Shown here one piece after another: positions 17,816-25,218 of a stretch of DNA of 32,000 nucleotides; positions within the stretch are counted from its first letter, which is position 1; every line of letters starts with the position of its first letter. The notes under the pieces were generated by a model. The model had not been told where the DNA came from. It did no database searches and saw nothing but the letters and a program-made list of their open reading frames with translations. The translations under genes were made by a program, and so were the position numbers. The DNA comes from Crocosphaera subtropica ATCC 51142 (GTDB lineage Bacteria > Cyanobacteriota > Cyanobacteriia > Cyanobacteriales > Microcystaceae), in the NCBI RefSeq assembly GCF_000017845.1, contig NC_010546.1:1530001-1562000 (forward strand). The letters are read 5' to 3'.

Positions 17816-17881
17816 CCCCTCTCCCTTCTCCCCACTCCCCCGCTCACTTGACAGTAACGTTTATTTTTGTCCAGGTGCTTA
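17816..17881 (+). repeat. Dispersed ~65-bp repeat, copy 2
   Basis: C-tract head CCCCTCTCCCTTCTCCCCACTCCCCCG, then core CTCACTTGACAGTAACGTTTATTTTTGTCCAGGTGCTTA. It lies between the HCP terminator and the 3' end of the convergent GT39 gene. Confidence 0.75.
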
Positions 17882-17908
17882 GCTATAGATATCTAAATTA
17901 ATGTCTAT

Positions 17909-19747
17909 TTAACGACTCTTGTATCTTTTGATAACCGTCTGTTTATTGACTCGAATTAATTTATAAACCCCTTCTTGTTTTATTAAAGTGTAATCAGATT
18001 TGTCTAATCCTAACTTATTGAGATATTTTTGTTCACTAATCATTAATAAAGTGTCAGGACTATCTATTCGTTGGAAATAGTCTAAAGCTGGACCATTATC
18101 AATATCGGCTTCTGTGACAGAATCAACCACCTCTTGAGTATAAAAGACCAAAGTAGGACGCATAAAACCTAAAAAGGCTAATCTTTCTTCTGGTTGTCTT
18201 TCTGCTTTAACAGTAGTAGACAATTCTCGCAAAGGTAACTGTCTTTGATTATCGACGATTTGAGCTACTGGTAGCCCTACCCAAGAGAAAAATGCCAAAA
18301 ACCCCAATAAATTCGCTACCCATAACCAGCGACGATAATGACGTAAAAAGAGAAATAATAAACAGAAAAAGGCAGCAGATGACCAAATTATTCCCCCTTT
18401 AATACTCAAATTTGAAGCCTGTAAAAGCTCCTTAAATTGAGGCATCATGGCATCTTCCCCAATTAATTGAGGAGTCAAAAAACTGGCCACCCCTAAACCC
18501 ACTAAAATACCAACATTAGCAATCGCACTTAATAAAAATAAGAAAGACCAAATTCCCGATGATTCTTCTGATTTGGTTTCAACTTGTTCACTCCAAAATA
18601 AAGCAATCATAATAGCAGCAGCCGGCATTAAAGGAAGGACATAACCAGCTAATTTAGTAACAGAACTAGAGAAGAAAATAAGAACTACTAAAAACCAACA
18701 TAAACAGAAAATTCCTAGATGGGTAGAACGGGGTGAGTGTATCCATTGTTGTCGCTGCCAAACCCTTAATTTAGCGATCGCTAAGGGTAAATAAATTGAC
18801 CAAGGTAATAATCCCACCATAATCACAGGAATATAATAATACCAAGCTCCAGGATGGCGACTGACAACGCTAGTAAATCGCTGTACATTATGGAGGCCAA
18901 AAAACGTATTAATATATTCTTGTCCATGTTCAATGGTTACCAAGACAAACCAAGGAACTGAGATCAGTAAAAAACTACTAATTCCCAATACCCAAGGGGT
19001 TTCTTTGACAACTTCAATAAACCGTCCAACATACAGCAGAAAAACAATAACAGTTAAACCAGGTAAAACTAAGGCTACAGGACCTTTAGCTAATACCCCT
19101 AACGCCATAAAAACCCAGTAACCAATGTACCACCATCGTGAAATTGATAAGCCAAAATAGGATTTAGAATTTGTTTCAGAGTAGCCATATCCTAAGAAAA
19201 AAGATAATAACGCTAAAGCAATTCCACTGGAGAGAAACATATCAGAAACCCCTGTTCTTCCCCAAGCAATCCAAAAAGGATTTAAAGCTATAATTCCTGC
19301 TCCTATCCAAGCTGAAAACCAAAATTTTGTTGAGGTTTGAGTTATTTCTTTTGCCCGTGAAAAACCAAAATTTTTTAGGGTATAAAATCCCAAAATCACA
19401 ACAGCGATCGCAGCTAAAGCGGAGGGGATTCTTGCCCCCCATTCATTAATACCAAATAATTGAAAAGATAATCCCACCAACCAATAGGTCAATGGTGGTT
19501 TATCAAAACGAGTTTCTCCATTCCAATAGGGAGTTACCCAATCTCCTGTTATGAGCATTTGACGGGCAGCTTCTACAAACATAGGTTCTGTCTTATCCAT
19601 CAAACCGATGCTGCCTAAATTAGCTATAAATGCAATAAAACTAATTACAAATAGCCATAAAACAGAAAAAAACCAGAGGGCTTTAGGATCTTTTTTCCAA
19701 GCAGCAATAATTTGATTATTTTTATTTTTTATAAGTGTCTTATTCAT
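17909..19747 (-). CDS. ArnT/PMT-like glycosyltransferase (GT39/GT83-type, lipid-linked sugar donor)
   Basis: 612-aa polytopic ORF. The first extracytoplasmic loop carries ETRFDKPPLTYW, characteristic of the ArnT/PMT_2 family. There are more than 10 predicted TM helices and a soluble C-terminal domain. Confidence 0.82.
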   Translation of the reverse strand: MNKTLIKNKNNQIIAAWKKDPKALWFFSVLWLFVISFIAFIANLGSIGLMDKTEPMFVEAARQMLITGDWVTPYWNGETRFDKPPLTYWLVGLSFQLFGINEWGARIPSALAAIAVVILGFYTLKNFGFSRAKEITQTSTKFWFSAWIGAGIIALNPFWIAWGRTGVSDMFLSSGIALALLSFFLGYGYSETNSKSYFGLSISRWWYIGYWVFMALGVLAKGPVALVLPGLTVIVFLLYVGRFIEVVKETPWVLGISSFLLISVPWFVLVTIEHGQEYINTFFGLHNVQRFTSVVSRHPGAWYYYIPVIMVGLLPWSIYLPLAIAKLRVWQRQQWIHSPRSTHLGIFCLCWFLVVLIFFSSSVTKLAGYVLPLMPAAAIMIALFWSEQVETKSEESSGIWSFLFLLSAIANVGILVGLGVASFLTPQLIGEDAMMPQFKELLQASNLSIKGGIIWSSAAFFCLLFLFLRHYRRWLWVANLLGFLAFFSWVGLPVAQIVDNQRQLPLRELSTTVKAERQPEERLAFLGFMRPTLVFYTQEVVDSVTEADIDNGPALDYFQRIDSPDTLLMISEQKYLNKLGLDKSDYTLIKQEGVYKLIRVNKQTVIKRYKSR

Positions 19748-19754
19748 TTTAAAA

Positions 19755-20429
19755 TTAAAAATTACGATATTTTTTGCTAATTGATTTTAGGAGGGTAATG
19801 CAAAAAAGAAAGCCTAAATAAGCAATACAAACACCTCCAATCAAATCCGTAAACCAATGAATATTTAAGTAGATACTAGCCCAACCCATCATCGCTACTA
19901 AAATAGTAGAGATCACATAAAGAAACGTCCCCCATTTTGGAAAATGAAAGGAAACTAAATAGGAAAGATACAAATATAACATTAAATTTCCAGAAACGTG
20001 ACCACTAGGATAACTTTTTCCGTGGACATCAATTAACCCAGGTGCAGGACGAACTCGACCAAACCAAGGTTTTAAAATTTGATCAATTAATATTAAAACA
20101 CCCATGGCTGATATGGCTAAAACTTGGGCTTCTTTCCAATAACGTTTCCAACATAAAAACCCTAACCCGGCGATAACAATAAAGACAGCAACTTCTGCTT
20201 CTCCTAAAAAGTAGGATACTCTGGCCAAAATCATTAAACTAGGATGGTGAAAGTGACGAACCCAGTCTAAAAAAGTTGCGTCCCAAGCATCAAGACTCCC
20301 TGAAACAACAGCGACGGTTAAGGCAATAAATAAAAGCAAAATAATAATAAAGATAATGACAGTATTATTGAGTCCATCCCAGGCATATTGTTTCAGTTTG
20401 AGCTTCATACTGTTCGCAGATTTAATCAA
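19755..20429 (-). CDS. PAP2-family (type 2 phosphatidic acid / lipid phosphate) phosphatase
   Basis: 224-aa membrane ORF with the tripartite PAP2 motif: KPWFGRVRP, YPSGH, and IYLNIHWFTDLIGG (the SRxxxxxHxxxD equivalent). It lies 7 nt upstream of the GT39 gene on the same strand. Confidence 0.85.
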   Translation of the reverse strand: MIKSANSMKLKLKQYAWDGLNNTVIIFIIILLLFIALTVAVVSGSLDAWDATFLDWVRHFHHPSLMILARVSYFLGEAEVAVFIVIAGLGFLCWKRYWKEAQVLAISAMGVLILIDQILKPWFGRVRPAPGLIDVHGKSYPSGHVSGNLMLYLYLSYLVSFHFPKWGTFLYVISTILVAMMGWASIYLNIHWFTDLIGGVCIAYLGFLFCITLLKSISKKYRNF

Positions 20430-20742
20430 AAGTTAAGTATCATCATATGATAACACCTAGATTTTGAAAAAGCTTTAACCCTGTTTAACCTAAAGTCGTT
20501 ATCATTAATTTTGTTATTTTTATCAATTTATATAAAAGATTAGTTTTTTCAATATTAAACATAAACTAATATCATAGAAAAGTTAAGCGATCGCACTACA
20601 ATGGTTACTATGATTGGGTTGCCTAGTGATTCTTGAGAAACTTCTCCCATAGAGACGAAGAATCCTTAAAATTAGTTCCCATTGTTAAATATAATCATCA
20701 ACCTATAGACCGTAAGTTTCGTTAATTCACAGAGTAACCATT

Positions 20743-21444
20743 ATGGCAAAATTAATCTTACTACGTCATGGACAAAGTCTTTGGAATGCTGCTAATAAAT
20801 TTACTGGGTGGGTTGATGTTCCCTTGAGTGAAAGAGGACGTGCAGAAGCAACGGTAGCCTCTTGTAAATTACGGGATAAAGGTTATAAAATTGACGTTTG
20901 TTTTACCAGTTTACTAATTAGAAGTATTGAAACTGCTGTCATTTGTTTAACGGAATGTGACCAAATTTGTGGTGAAAAAATTCCTATTATTCAACATGAT
21001 TCTGATGATCCTGATTGGCACGGTTGGGATAAATATGCTGGTAATTTTTATCAAGAATTACCCATTTTTACTTCCCAAGCTTTAGATGAGCGTTATTATG
21101 GCAATTTGCAAGGATTAAATAAAGCAGAAACAGCCGAAAAATTTGGTGAAGAAAAAGTCCATGAGTGGCGGCGTTCCTACTCCTCTCGTCCTCCCGGTGG
21201 GGAAAGTTTGGAAGATACAAAAAATCGAGTTATTCCCTATTTTCAAAGCCGAATTTCAGACCATATTAAGCGAGGACAAACGGTTTTAGTCGCTGCTCAT
21301 GGCAACTCCTTAAGGGCGATGGTTATGGCATTAGACAACCTTGAACCCGATGAAGTTCCAGGGTTAGAATTGACCACTGGAGTCCCCATTATTTACGATT
21401 TTGATGATCAGGGCAACGTATTAGAAAAAACAATATTAACTTAA
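20743..21444 (+). CDS. gpmA: 2,3-bisphosphoglycerate-dependent phosphoglycerate mutase
   Basis: LLRHGQSLWNAANKFTGWVDVPLSERG, ERYYG, HEWRRSY, AAHGNSLRA. Confidence 0.85.
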   Translation: MAKLILLRHGQSLWNAANKFTGWVDVPLSERGRAEATVASCKLRDKGYKIDVCFTSLLIRSIETAVICLTECDQICGEKIPIIQHDSDDPDWHGWDKYAGNFYQELPIFTSQALDERYYGNLQGLNKAETAEKFGEEKVHEWRRSYSSRPPGGESLEDTKNRVIPYFQSRISDHIKRGQTVLVAAHGNSLRAMVMALDNLEPDEVPGLELTTGVPIIYDFDDQGNVLEKTILT

Positions 21445-21486
21445 CCATTTGGCTTTGCTCAGTGTGAATATTGGAGCATAAAAAAA

Positions 21487-21506
21487 CTGGATCTTAAAAA
21501 ATCCAG
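21487..21506. terminator. Short hairpin between convergent gpmA and hli genes
   Basis: CTGGAT cttaaaaa ATCCAG, with A/T runs on both sides. The stem is only 6 bp. Confidence 0.35.
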
Positions 21507-21545
21507 CTAAAGCAATGAGATTGACAAAGATGAAGGATATTCTAC

Positions 21546-21698
21546 TTAGAGTAAACCCCAAAAGTGTAATACCCCTTGACCCGTTACTAATTCCACGATT
21601 AAAGCGGAAATAAAGCCAATCATAGCTAGGCGGCCATTCCAGTTTTCAGCATAGCCGGTAAAGCCGAATTTCCCTTCGTTTTGGTTGTTGCTTTTCAT
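21546..21698 (-). CDS. hli: High-light-inducible protein (HLIP/Scp, one-helix CAB family)
   Basis: 50-aa ORF that I translated by hand because it is below the track cutoff: [50 protein letters not shown]. It carries the chlorophyll-binding ENWNGRxAMxGF motif. Confidence 0.88.
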   Translation of the reverse strand: MKSNNQNEGKFGFTGYAENWNGRLAMIGFISALIVELVTGQGVLHFWGLL

Positions 21699-21722
21699 TC
21701 GAGTTAGCAGAAGATACAGGTT

Positions 21723-21740
21723 TCTGTAAAGTATTGTAAA
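21723..21740 (-). promoter_or_regulatory. HLR1-type direct repeat (RpaB-binding motif) upstream of hli
   Basis: The minus strand reads TTTACAAT AC TTTACAGA. This fits the HLR1 consensus (G/T)TTACA(T/A)(T/A)NN(G/T)TTACA(T/A)(T/A) at all but one position. It ends 24 nt upstream of the hli ATG. A TATCTT -10-like hexamer lies 18 nt downstream of the first TTTACA. Confidence 0.6.
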
Positions 21741-21923
21741 TAAATGTTAACAATTTAGCAACACCTGGGGAAACTTAAGGGTAGTTGCAAAGAAAATTTA
21801 GGGTTCGTTGTGTCATTGTTCAACCATTGATCAACTTATACATGAAAGCTGACATGAAAGCTAACACACACCCTTTAGACTAATAGTCAATAACCATTGT
21901 TAATAAATTGAGAGGATAGAACA

Positions 21924-22088
21924 ATGACTTGTGAGCAACTTCAAAAATCTTATCAACAACAACTGGTTAAAGCGGGTGTGTCTCAGCACAAGGCCGAACA
22001 AGCTGCTAAAACCTTAAGTTTTCAAGAACTACAAATCATTGGGGAAATTTGGCAAGACTGGGGTAAGGTCGTTGCTCGCTTAGGCTAA
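21924..22088 (+). CDS. Small hypothetical protein (54 aa)
   Basis: Hand-translated: MTCEQLQKSYQQQLVKAGVSQHKAEQAAKTLSFQELQIIGEIWQDWGKVVARLG. A GAGAGGA Shine-Dalgarno lies about 9 nt upstream. The intergenic region is otherwise empty, and there is no homology evidence. Confidence 0.4.
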   Translation: MTCEQLQKSYQQQLVKAGVSQHKAEQAAKTLSFQELQIIGEIWQDWGKVVARLG

Positions 22089-22203
22089 GTGAGAAGACTT
22101 AACATATAATATTAACCTTAGTTGAGGTCAGGGTTTCTCAATTCCATTGAGATCATTCAAAGATAAAATCAAAACAGCTAACCTTAACTATAAACAAAGT
22201 AAT

Positions 22204-23466
22204 ATGACAATCCCTCCTGAGTCTTCTTCTGTTTCATCTTCAGAAGCTAATGGCAAAGAAGAGATTAATCCCTCCCCCTCATTAAATCCTTCCAAGACCT
22301 CATCATCATCCTCTATTAATTTGGTGTCACCATCCACGTCACCAAAACCCCTATATCTTCAAGAAGTTAAGTCCTCGAATCCTTGGTTACTCTTGACCAC
22401 CATTGGTGTTATGGGGATAGGACTACTCTTACAATTACCCTGGGTTGGGTTAACCAGTGCCATCGTTGCCCTAATTTTGTCCCTAAGAGTAATCCTTCCC
22501 TCTCTCAAAAATTGGTTTCTACGATATCTCACCCCCCAAGAGAGGGAAACCTTAACTGGTTTTACGGTTTTCGCCCTCTCCTTAGCAGGTATTTTCTACT
22601 ATTTCGGTATTTATCAAACCATTGGTAATTGGCTTAATCAGTTTAAATATGATGAGTTTGGGTCTTGGGCGGAATGGGTTGGGGCTTTAGGACAGATTAT
22701 GATTGCTATTTTAGCTGTGTATGTTGCTTGGGCGCAGTACGTCATCTCCAAAGACTTAACTCTACAGCAAAACCTGATTACCCAACAGCAAACCATTGAT
22801 ACCTATTTTCAAGGTATTTCCGATTTAGTTTTAGACGGAGAAGGAATGTTAGAAGACTGGCCGCAAGAACGTTCCATTGCCGAAGGACGAACCGCAGCCA
22901 TTCTTAGCAGTGTCGATGGGGTAGGAAAAGCCAAAATTTTGCGGTTTCTTTCTCAATCACGATTACTCACCCCCTTAATGCGAGATAGTCGTCTGGGAAG
23001 ACCGATGTTAGATGGAGTTGGGGGTTATGCTGAAGATCGAGCTTATGGACTACGGGTCATTAATTTAGGGGTTATGTTAGCCGGTGCTAATTTATCGAAT
23101 CAAGATTTACGTTGGACTGATTTAAGTGAAGCCAATCTGGTTCGTGCGAATTTAAGCGGTTGCGATTTAGTTAAAGCGAATTTATCCCGTACCGTTTTAT
23201 ACGATGCTAATCTCAAAGGGGCTGATCTCAAAAGCACTCGTTTATTCTACGGTTCAGCAGAAACCGCTAGTCCACGTTCAAGAACCCATACCCCTGATTA
23301 CACCACTGGTGCCTATACAGGGGTGGTGATTGAAAACTGTAACTTGGCTGAGGTGAAAAATTTGACCCCAGAACAACATTATTATCTGTGCGCTTGGGGG
23401 GGAGAACAGAGTCGTGCTACCATTCCAGGGGGTTGTAAAGGAATTCCTAATAAGTTGAATCGATAA
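22204..23466 (+). CDS. Membrane-anchored pentapeptide-repeat protein
   Basis: Start set at ATG 22204; the track uses TTG 22147. It has a Ser/Pro-rich N-terminus, 3-4 hydrophobic helices and then clear pentapeptide repeats (ANLSNQDLRWTDLSEANLVRANLSGCDLVKANLSRTVLYDANLKGADLKS). Confidence 0.8.
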   Translation: MTIPPESSSVSSSEANGKEEINPSPSLNPSKTSSSSSINLVSPSTSPKPLYLQEVKSSNPWLLLTTIGVMGIGLLLQLPWVGLTSAIVALILSLRVILPSLKNWFLRYLTPQERETLTGFTVFALSLAGIFYYFGIYQTIGNWLNQFKYDEFGSWAEWVGALGQIMIAILAVYVAWAQYVISKDLTLQQNLITQQQTIDTYFQGISDLVLDGEGMLEDWPQERSIAEGRTAAILSSVDGVGKAKILRFLSQSRLLTPLMRDSRLGRPMLDGVGGYAEDRAYGLRVINLGVMLAGANLSNQDLRWTDLSEANLVRANLSGCDLVKANLSRTVLYDANLKGADLKSTRLFYGSAETASPRSRTHTPDYTTGAYTGVVIENCNLAEVKNLTPEQHYYLCAWGGEQSRATIPGGCKGIPNKLNR

Positions 23467-23558
23467 GATTGAGCGACTGTTTTTTCCTTTACGTCTAGTC
23501 CTCTAGGAAACCTTAAAATAAATTAAACTATCGTTTTTTTTACACGGAGTACGGCGTT

Positions 23559-23930
23559 GTGACCTTTCAAGAGTTTTGTTTATTGTTAGTTTCGGTGTTA
23601 ACCAGTGCTATGGGGCAATTATTCCTAAAAATGGGAGCCACCAAATTAGGAAAAGTGGATGCTAGTAATGCAGTGAGTCATATTTTAAATATCATTTTAA
23701 CGCCAGAACTCATCTTAGGACTCTCCTGTTATGGCTTGGGAGCGATCGCTTATATTCTCTTATTAACTCGTGTTAATTTAAGCGTTGCTGGTCCTTCGGC
23801 TTCGATTATTTACGTCTTCTCGGTCTTAATTGGTTATTTTGTCTTTAAAGAAACGATCCCTATTCATCGAGCTTTTGGCTTAGGGTTTATTGTCTGTGGG
23901 GTAGTTTTAGTGGTTTGGAAAGCCAATTAA
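23559..23930 (+). CDS. Small 4-TM EamA/SMR-like (DMT superfamily, ArnE/ArnF-like) membrane protein
   Basis: 123-aa ORF with a GTG start and four hydrophobic helices. Its size and pattern match half-size DMT transporters. Confidence 0.65.
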   Translation: MTFQEFCLLLVSVLTSAMGQLFLKMGATKLGKVDASNAVSHILNIILTPELILGLSCYGLGAIAYILLLTRVNLSVAGPSASIIYVFSVLIGYFVFKETIPIHRAFGLGFIVCGVVLVVWKAN

Positions 23931-23951
23931 AAAGAATTTTCTTTTACCCCC

Positions 23952-23981
23952 TTGCGTAAGTCTCATTAGCTGTGCTACGAT
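23952..23981 (+). promoter_or_regulatory. Candidate sigma70-type promoter for tRNA-Arg
   Basis: TTGCGT (23952-23957), an 18-nt spacer, then TACGAT (23976-23981). This lies about 22 nt upstream of the mature tRNA 5' end. It is a sequence-pattern call only. Confidence 0.3.
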
Positions 23982-24003
23982 AATTAATCGTTGAGAAAAA
24001 CAA

Positions 24004-24077
24004 GGGCTTGTAGCTTAGTGGATTAGAGCGTGTGGCTACGGACCACAAGGTCGGGGGTTCGAGTCCCTCCAAGCCCG
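24004..24077 (+). tRNA. tRNA-Arg (anticodon ACG)
   Basis: I folded the 74-nt cloverleaf by hand. Acceptor stem GGGCTTG/CAAGCCC with discriminator G. D-arm GCTT/GAGC. Anticodon arm TGTGG-CTACGGA-CCACA. Variable loop AGGTC. T-arm GGGGG-TTCGAGT-CCCTC. CCA is not encoded. Confidence 0.95.
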
Positions 24078-24092
24078 TCAAGATTAAACAAA

Positions 24093-24488
24093 ATGAGTAA
24101 TATGCGAGTGATTTCTACTGATAACGCTCCTGCTCCTGTGGGTCCCTATAATCAGGCGATCGCAGCACAAGGAGAGTTATTATTTATCTCTGGACAAATT
24201 CCCTTAGACCCCAAAACGGGGCAACTGGTTGGGGACACTGATATTAGTCAGCAAACCCAACAAGTGATGAAAAATATAGAAGCGATATTAAAAGCAGCGG
24301 GGGCAAATTGGCAGAATGTGGTTAAAACCACTGTTTTTCTGAGCAATTTAGAAAACTTCGCCCCTATGAATCAAGTTTATGCTCAATATTTCCCAGAAGC
24401 GACCGCACCGGCTCGAGCTTGTGTAGAAGTATCCCGTCTTCCTAAGGATGTTTTAGTCGAGATTGAATGTATTGCGGTCATTTCTTAG
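24093..24488 (+). CDS. ridA: RidA (YjgF/YER057c/UK114) family reactive-intermediate deaminase
   Basis: [56 protein letters not shown]. The track ORF starts at 24030 inside the tRNA, so I trimmed it to ATG 24093. Confidence 0.9.
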   Translation: MSNMRVISTDNAPAPVGPYNQAIAAQGELLFISGQIPLDPKTGQLVGDTDISQQTQQVMKNIEAILKAAGANWQNVVKTTVFLSNLENFAPMNQVYAQYFPEATAPARACVEVSRLPKDVLVEIECIAVIS

Positions 24489-24503
24489 GTTACACCGTCA
24501 GGG

Positions 24504-24680
24504 TTAAATTAAATCAAACTGATGGCAAATCACCCCACACACAGCAGCTAAGACGGTAATTCCTAGAGCAAGAAACGGGTTTTGGCCTTGGGCAACCGCA
24601 AAGGAAGTAACAATACCAGCACCTAAACCAGCCGTTAAAGCAGCACTGACGTAGTCTTTATCTGTGTTTTTCTTATACAT
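24504..24680 (-). CDS. Small 2-TM glycine-zipper-like membrane protein (hypothetical)
   Basis: The ORF runs to TTG 24707, but I prefer ATG 24680 (MYKKNTDKDYVSAALTAGLGAGIVTSFAVAQGQNPFLALGITVLAAVCGVICHQFDLI). It has two short Gly/Ala-rich hydrophobic helices. Confidence 0.4.
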   Translation of the reverse strand: MYKKNTDKDYVSAALTAGLGAGIVTSFAVAQGQNPFLALGITVLAAVCGVICHQFDLI

Positions 24681-24829
24681 AGAGTTTGCTCGATTGCTTT
24701 CATACAATATTTTTGACGTTGCTCAAACGTAACATTCTCTTGCCCCGGACTGTAAGGAAATGGGTCGAATTGCAATCAAGCTTTAAATTTAGCCATATTT
24801 CTTAACAATAGCTGACCATAGAAAATCCT

Positions 24830-25108
24830 CTATTTCAAAACCGATGTAATAATAACCGTAATGGTTGCACTGGCAATTAAAGTAAAAGCAAGTTGCACAA
24901 CCCATTGTGTTGCTTGTCGATAGTCAGAAAAACGTTCATCAAACCGCTTCATTTCGGATGATAAGGTTTCAACATCGGATGCTAAGTGTTCGACATCAGA
25001 GGATAAGTGTTCAACATCAGATGTCAGTTTTTCTACATTACCTGTAAGTTTATCCAGTTTTTGGATGACATCGGTTAAAGTGGGTTCTGGGTTAGGGGTT
25101 GTGGTCAT
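24830..25108 (-). CDS. Tail-anchored coiled-coil protein (XhlA-like architecture), hypothetical
   Basis: Start set at ATG 25108 (MTTTPNPEPT...); the track uses TTG 25156. It has heptad repeats (LTSDVEHLSSDVEHLASDVETLSSEMKRF) and a single C-terminal TM helix (WVVQLAFTLIASATITVIITSVL). Confidence 0.6.
   Translation of the reverse strand: MTTTPNPEPTLTDVIQKLDKLTGNVEKLTSDVEHLSSDVEHLASDVETLSSEMKRFDERFSDYRQATQWVVQLAFTLIASATITVIITSVLK
24956..25039 (-). repeat. Four in-frame imperfect 21-bp tandem repeats inside the coiled-coil gene
   Basis: Plus-strand units are GGATGATAAGGTTTCAACATC, GGATGCTAAGTGTTCGACATC, AGAGGATAAGTGTTCAACATC and AGATGTCAGTTTTTCTACATT. Each encodes one heptad (SDVEHLx). Confidence 0.75.
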
Positions 25109-25162
25109 TATTATTTCTACTCTTAAAATTTTCTTTTTTTTACTATTATATAGCAAAATTTA

Positions 25163-25184
25163 GGGACATAATCTATTATGTCCC
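25163..25184. other. Perfect 10-bp inverted repeat (hairpin/operator candidate) between the ParB-like and coiled-coil genes
   Basis: GGGACATAAT ct ATTATGTCCC. On the minus strand it follows the ParB-like stop (25219) and is followed by TAAATTTTG. Confidence 0.5.
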
Positions 25185-25218
25185 TGTTGTTATTAATTGA
25201 TTTAATCAGTATCTAATC

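Noticed and set aside
24030-24092. An N-terminal extension of the ridA ORF ([21 protein letters not shown]).
   Set aside because: This stretch is the 3' two-thirds of tRNA-Arg read in frame. The canonical RidA N-terminus begins at ATG 24093.
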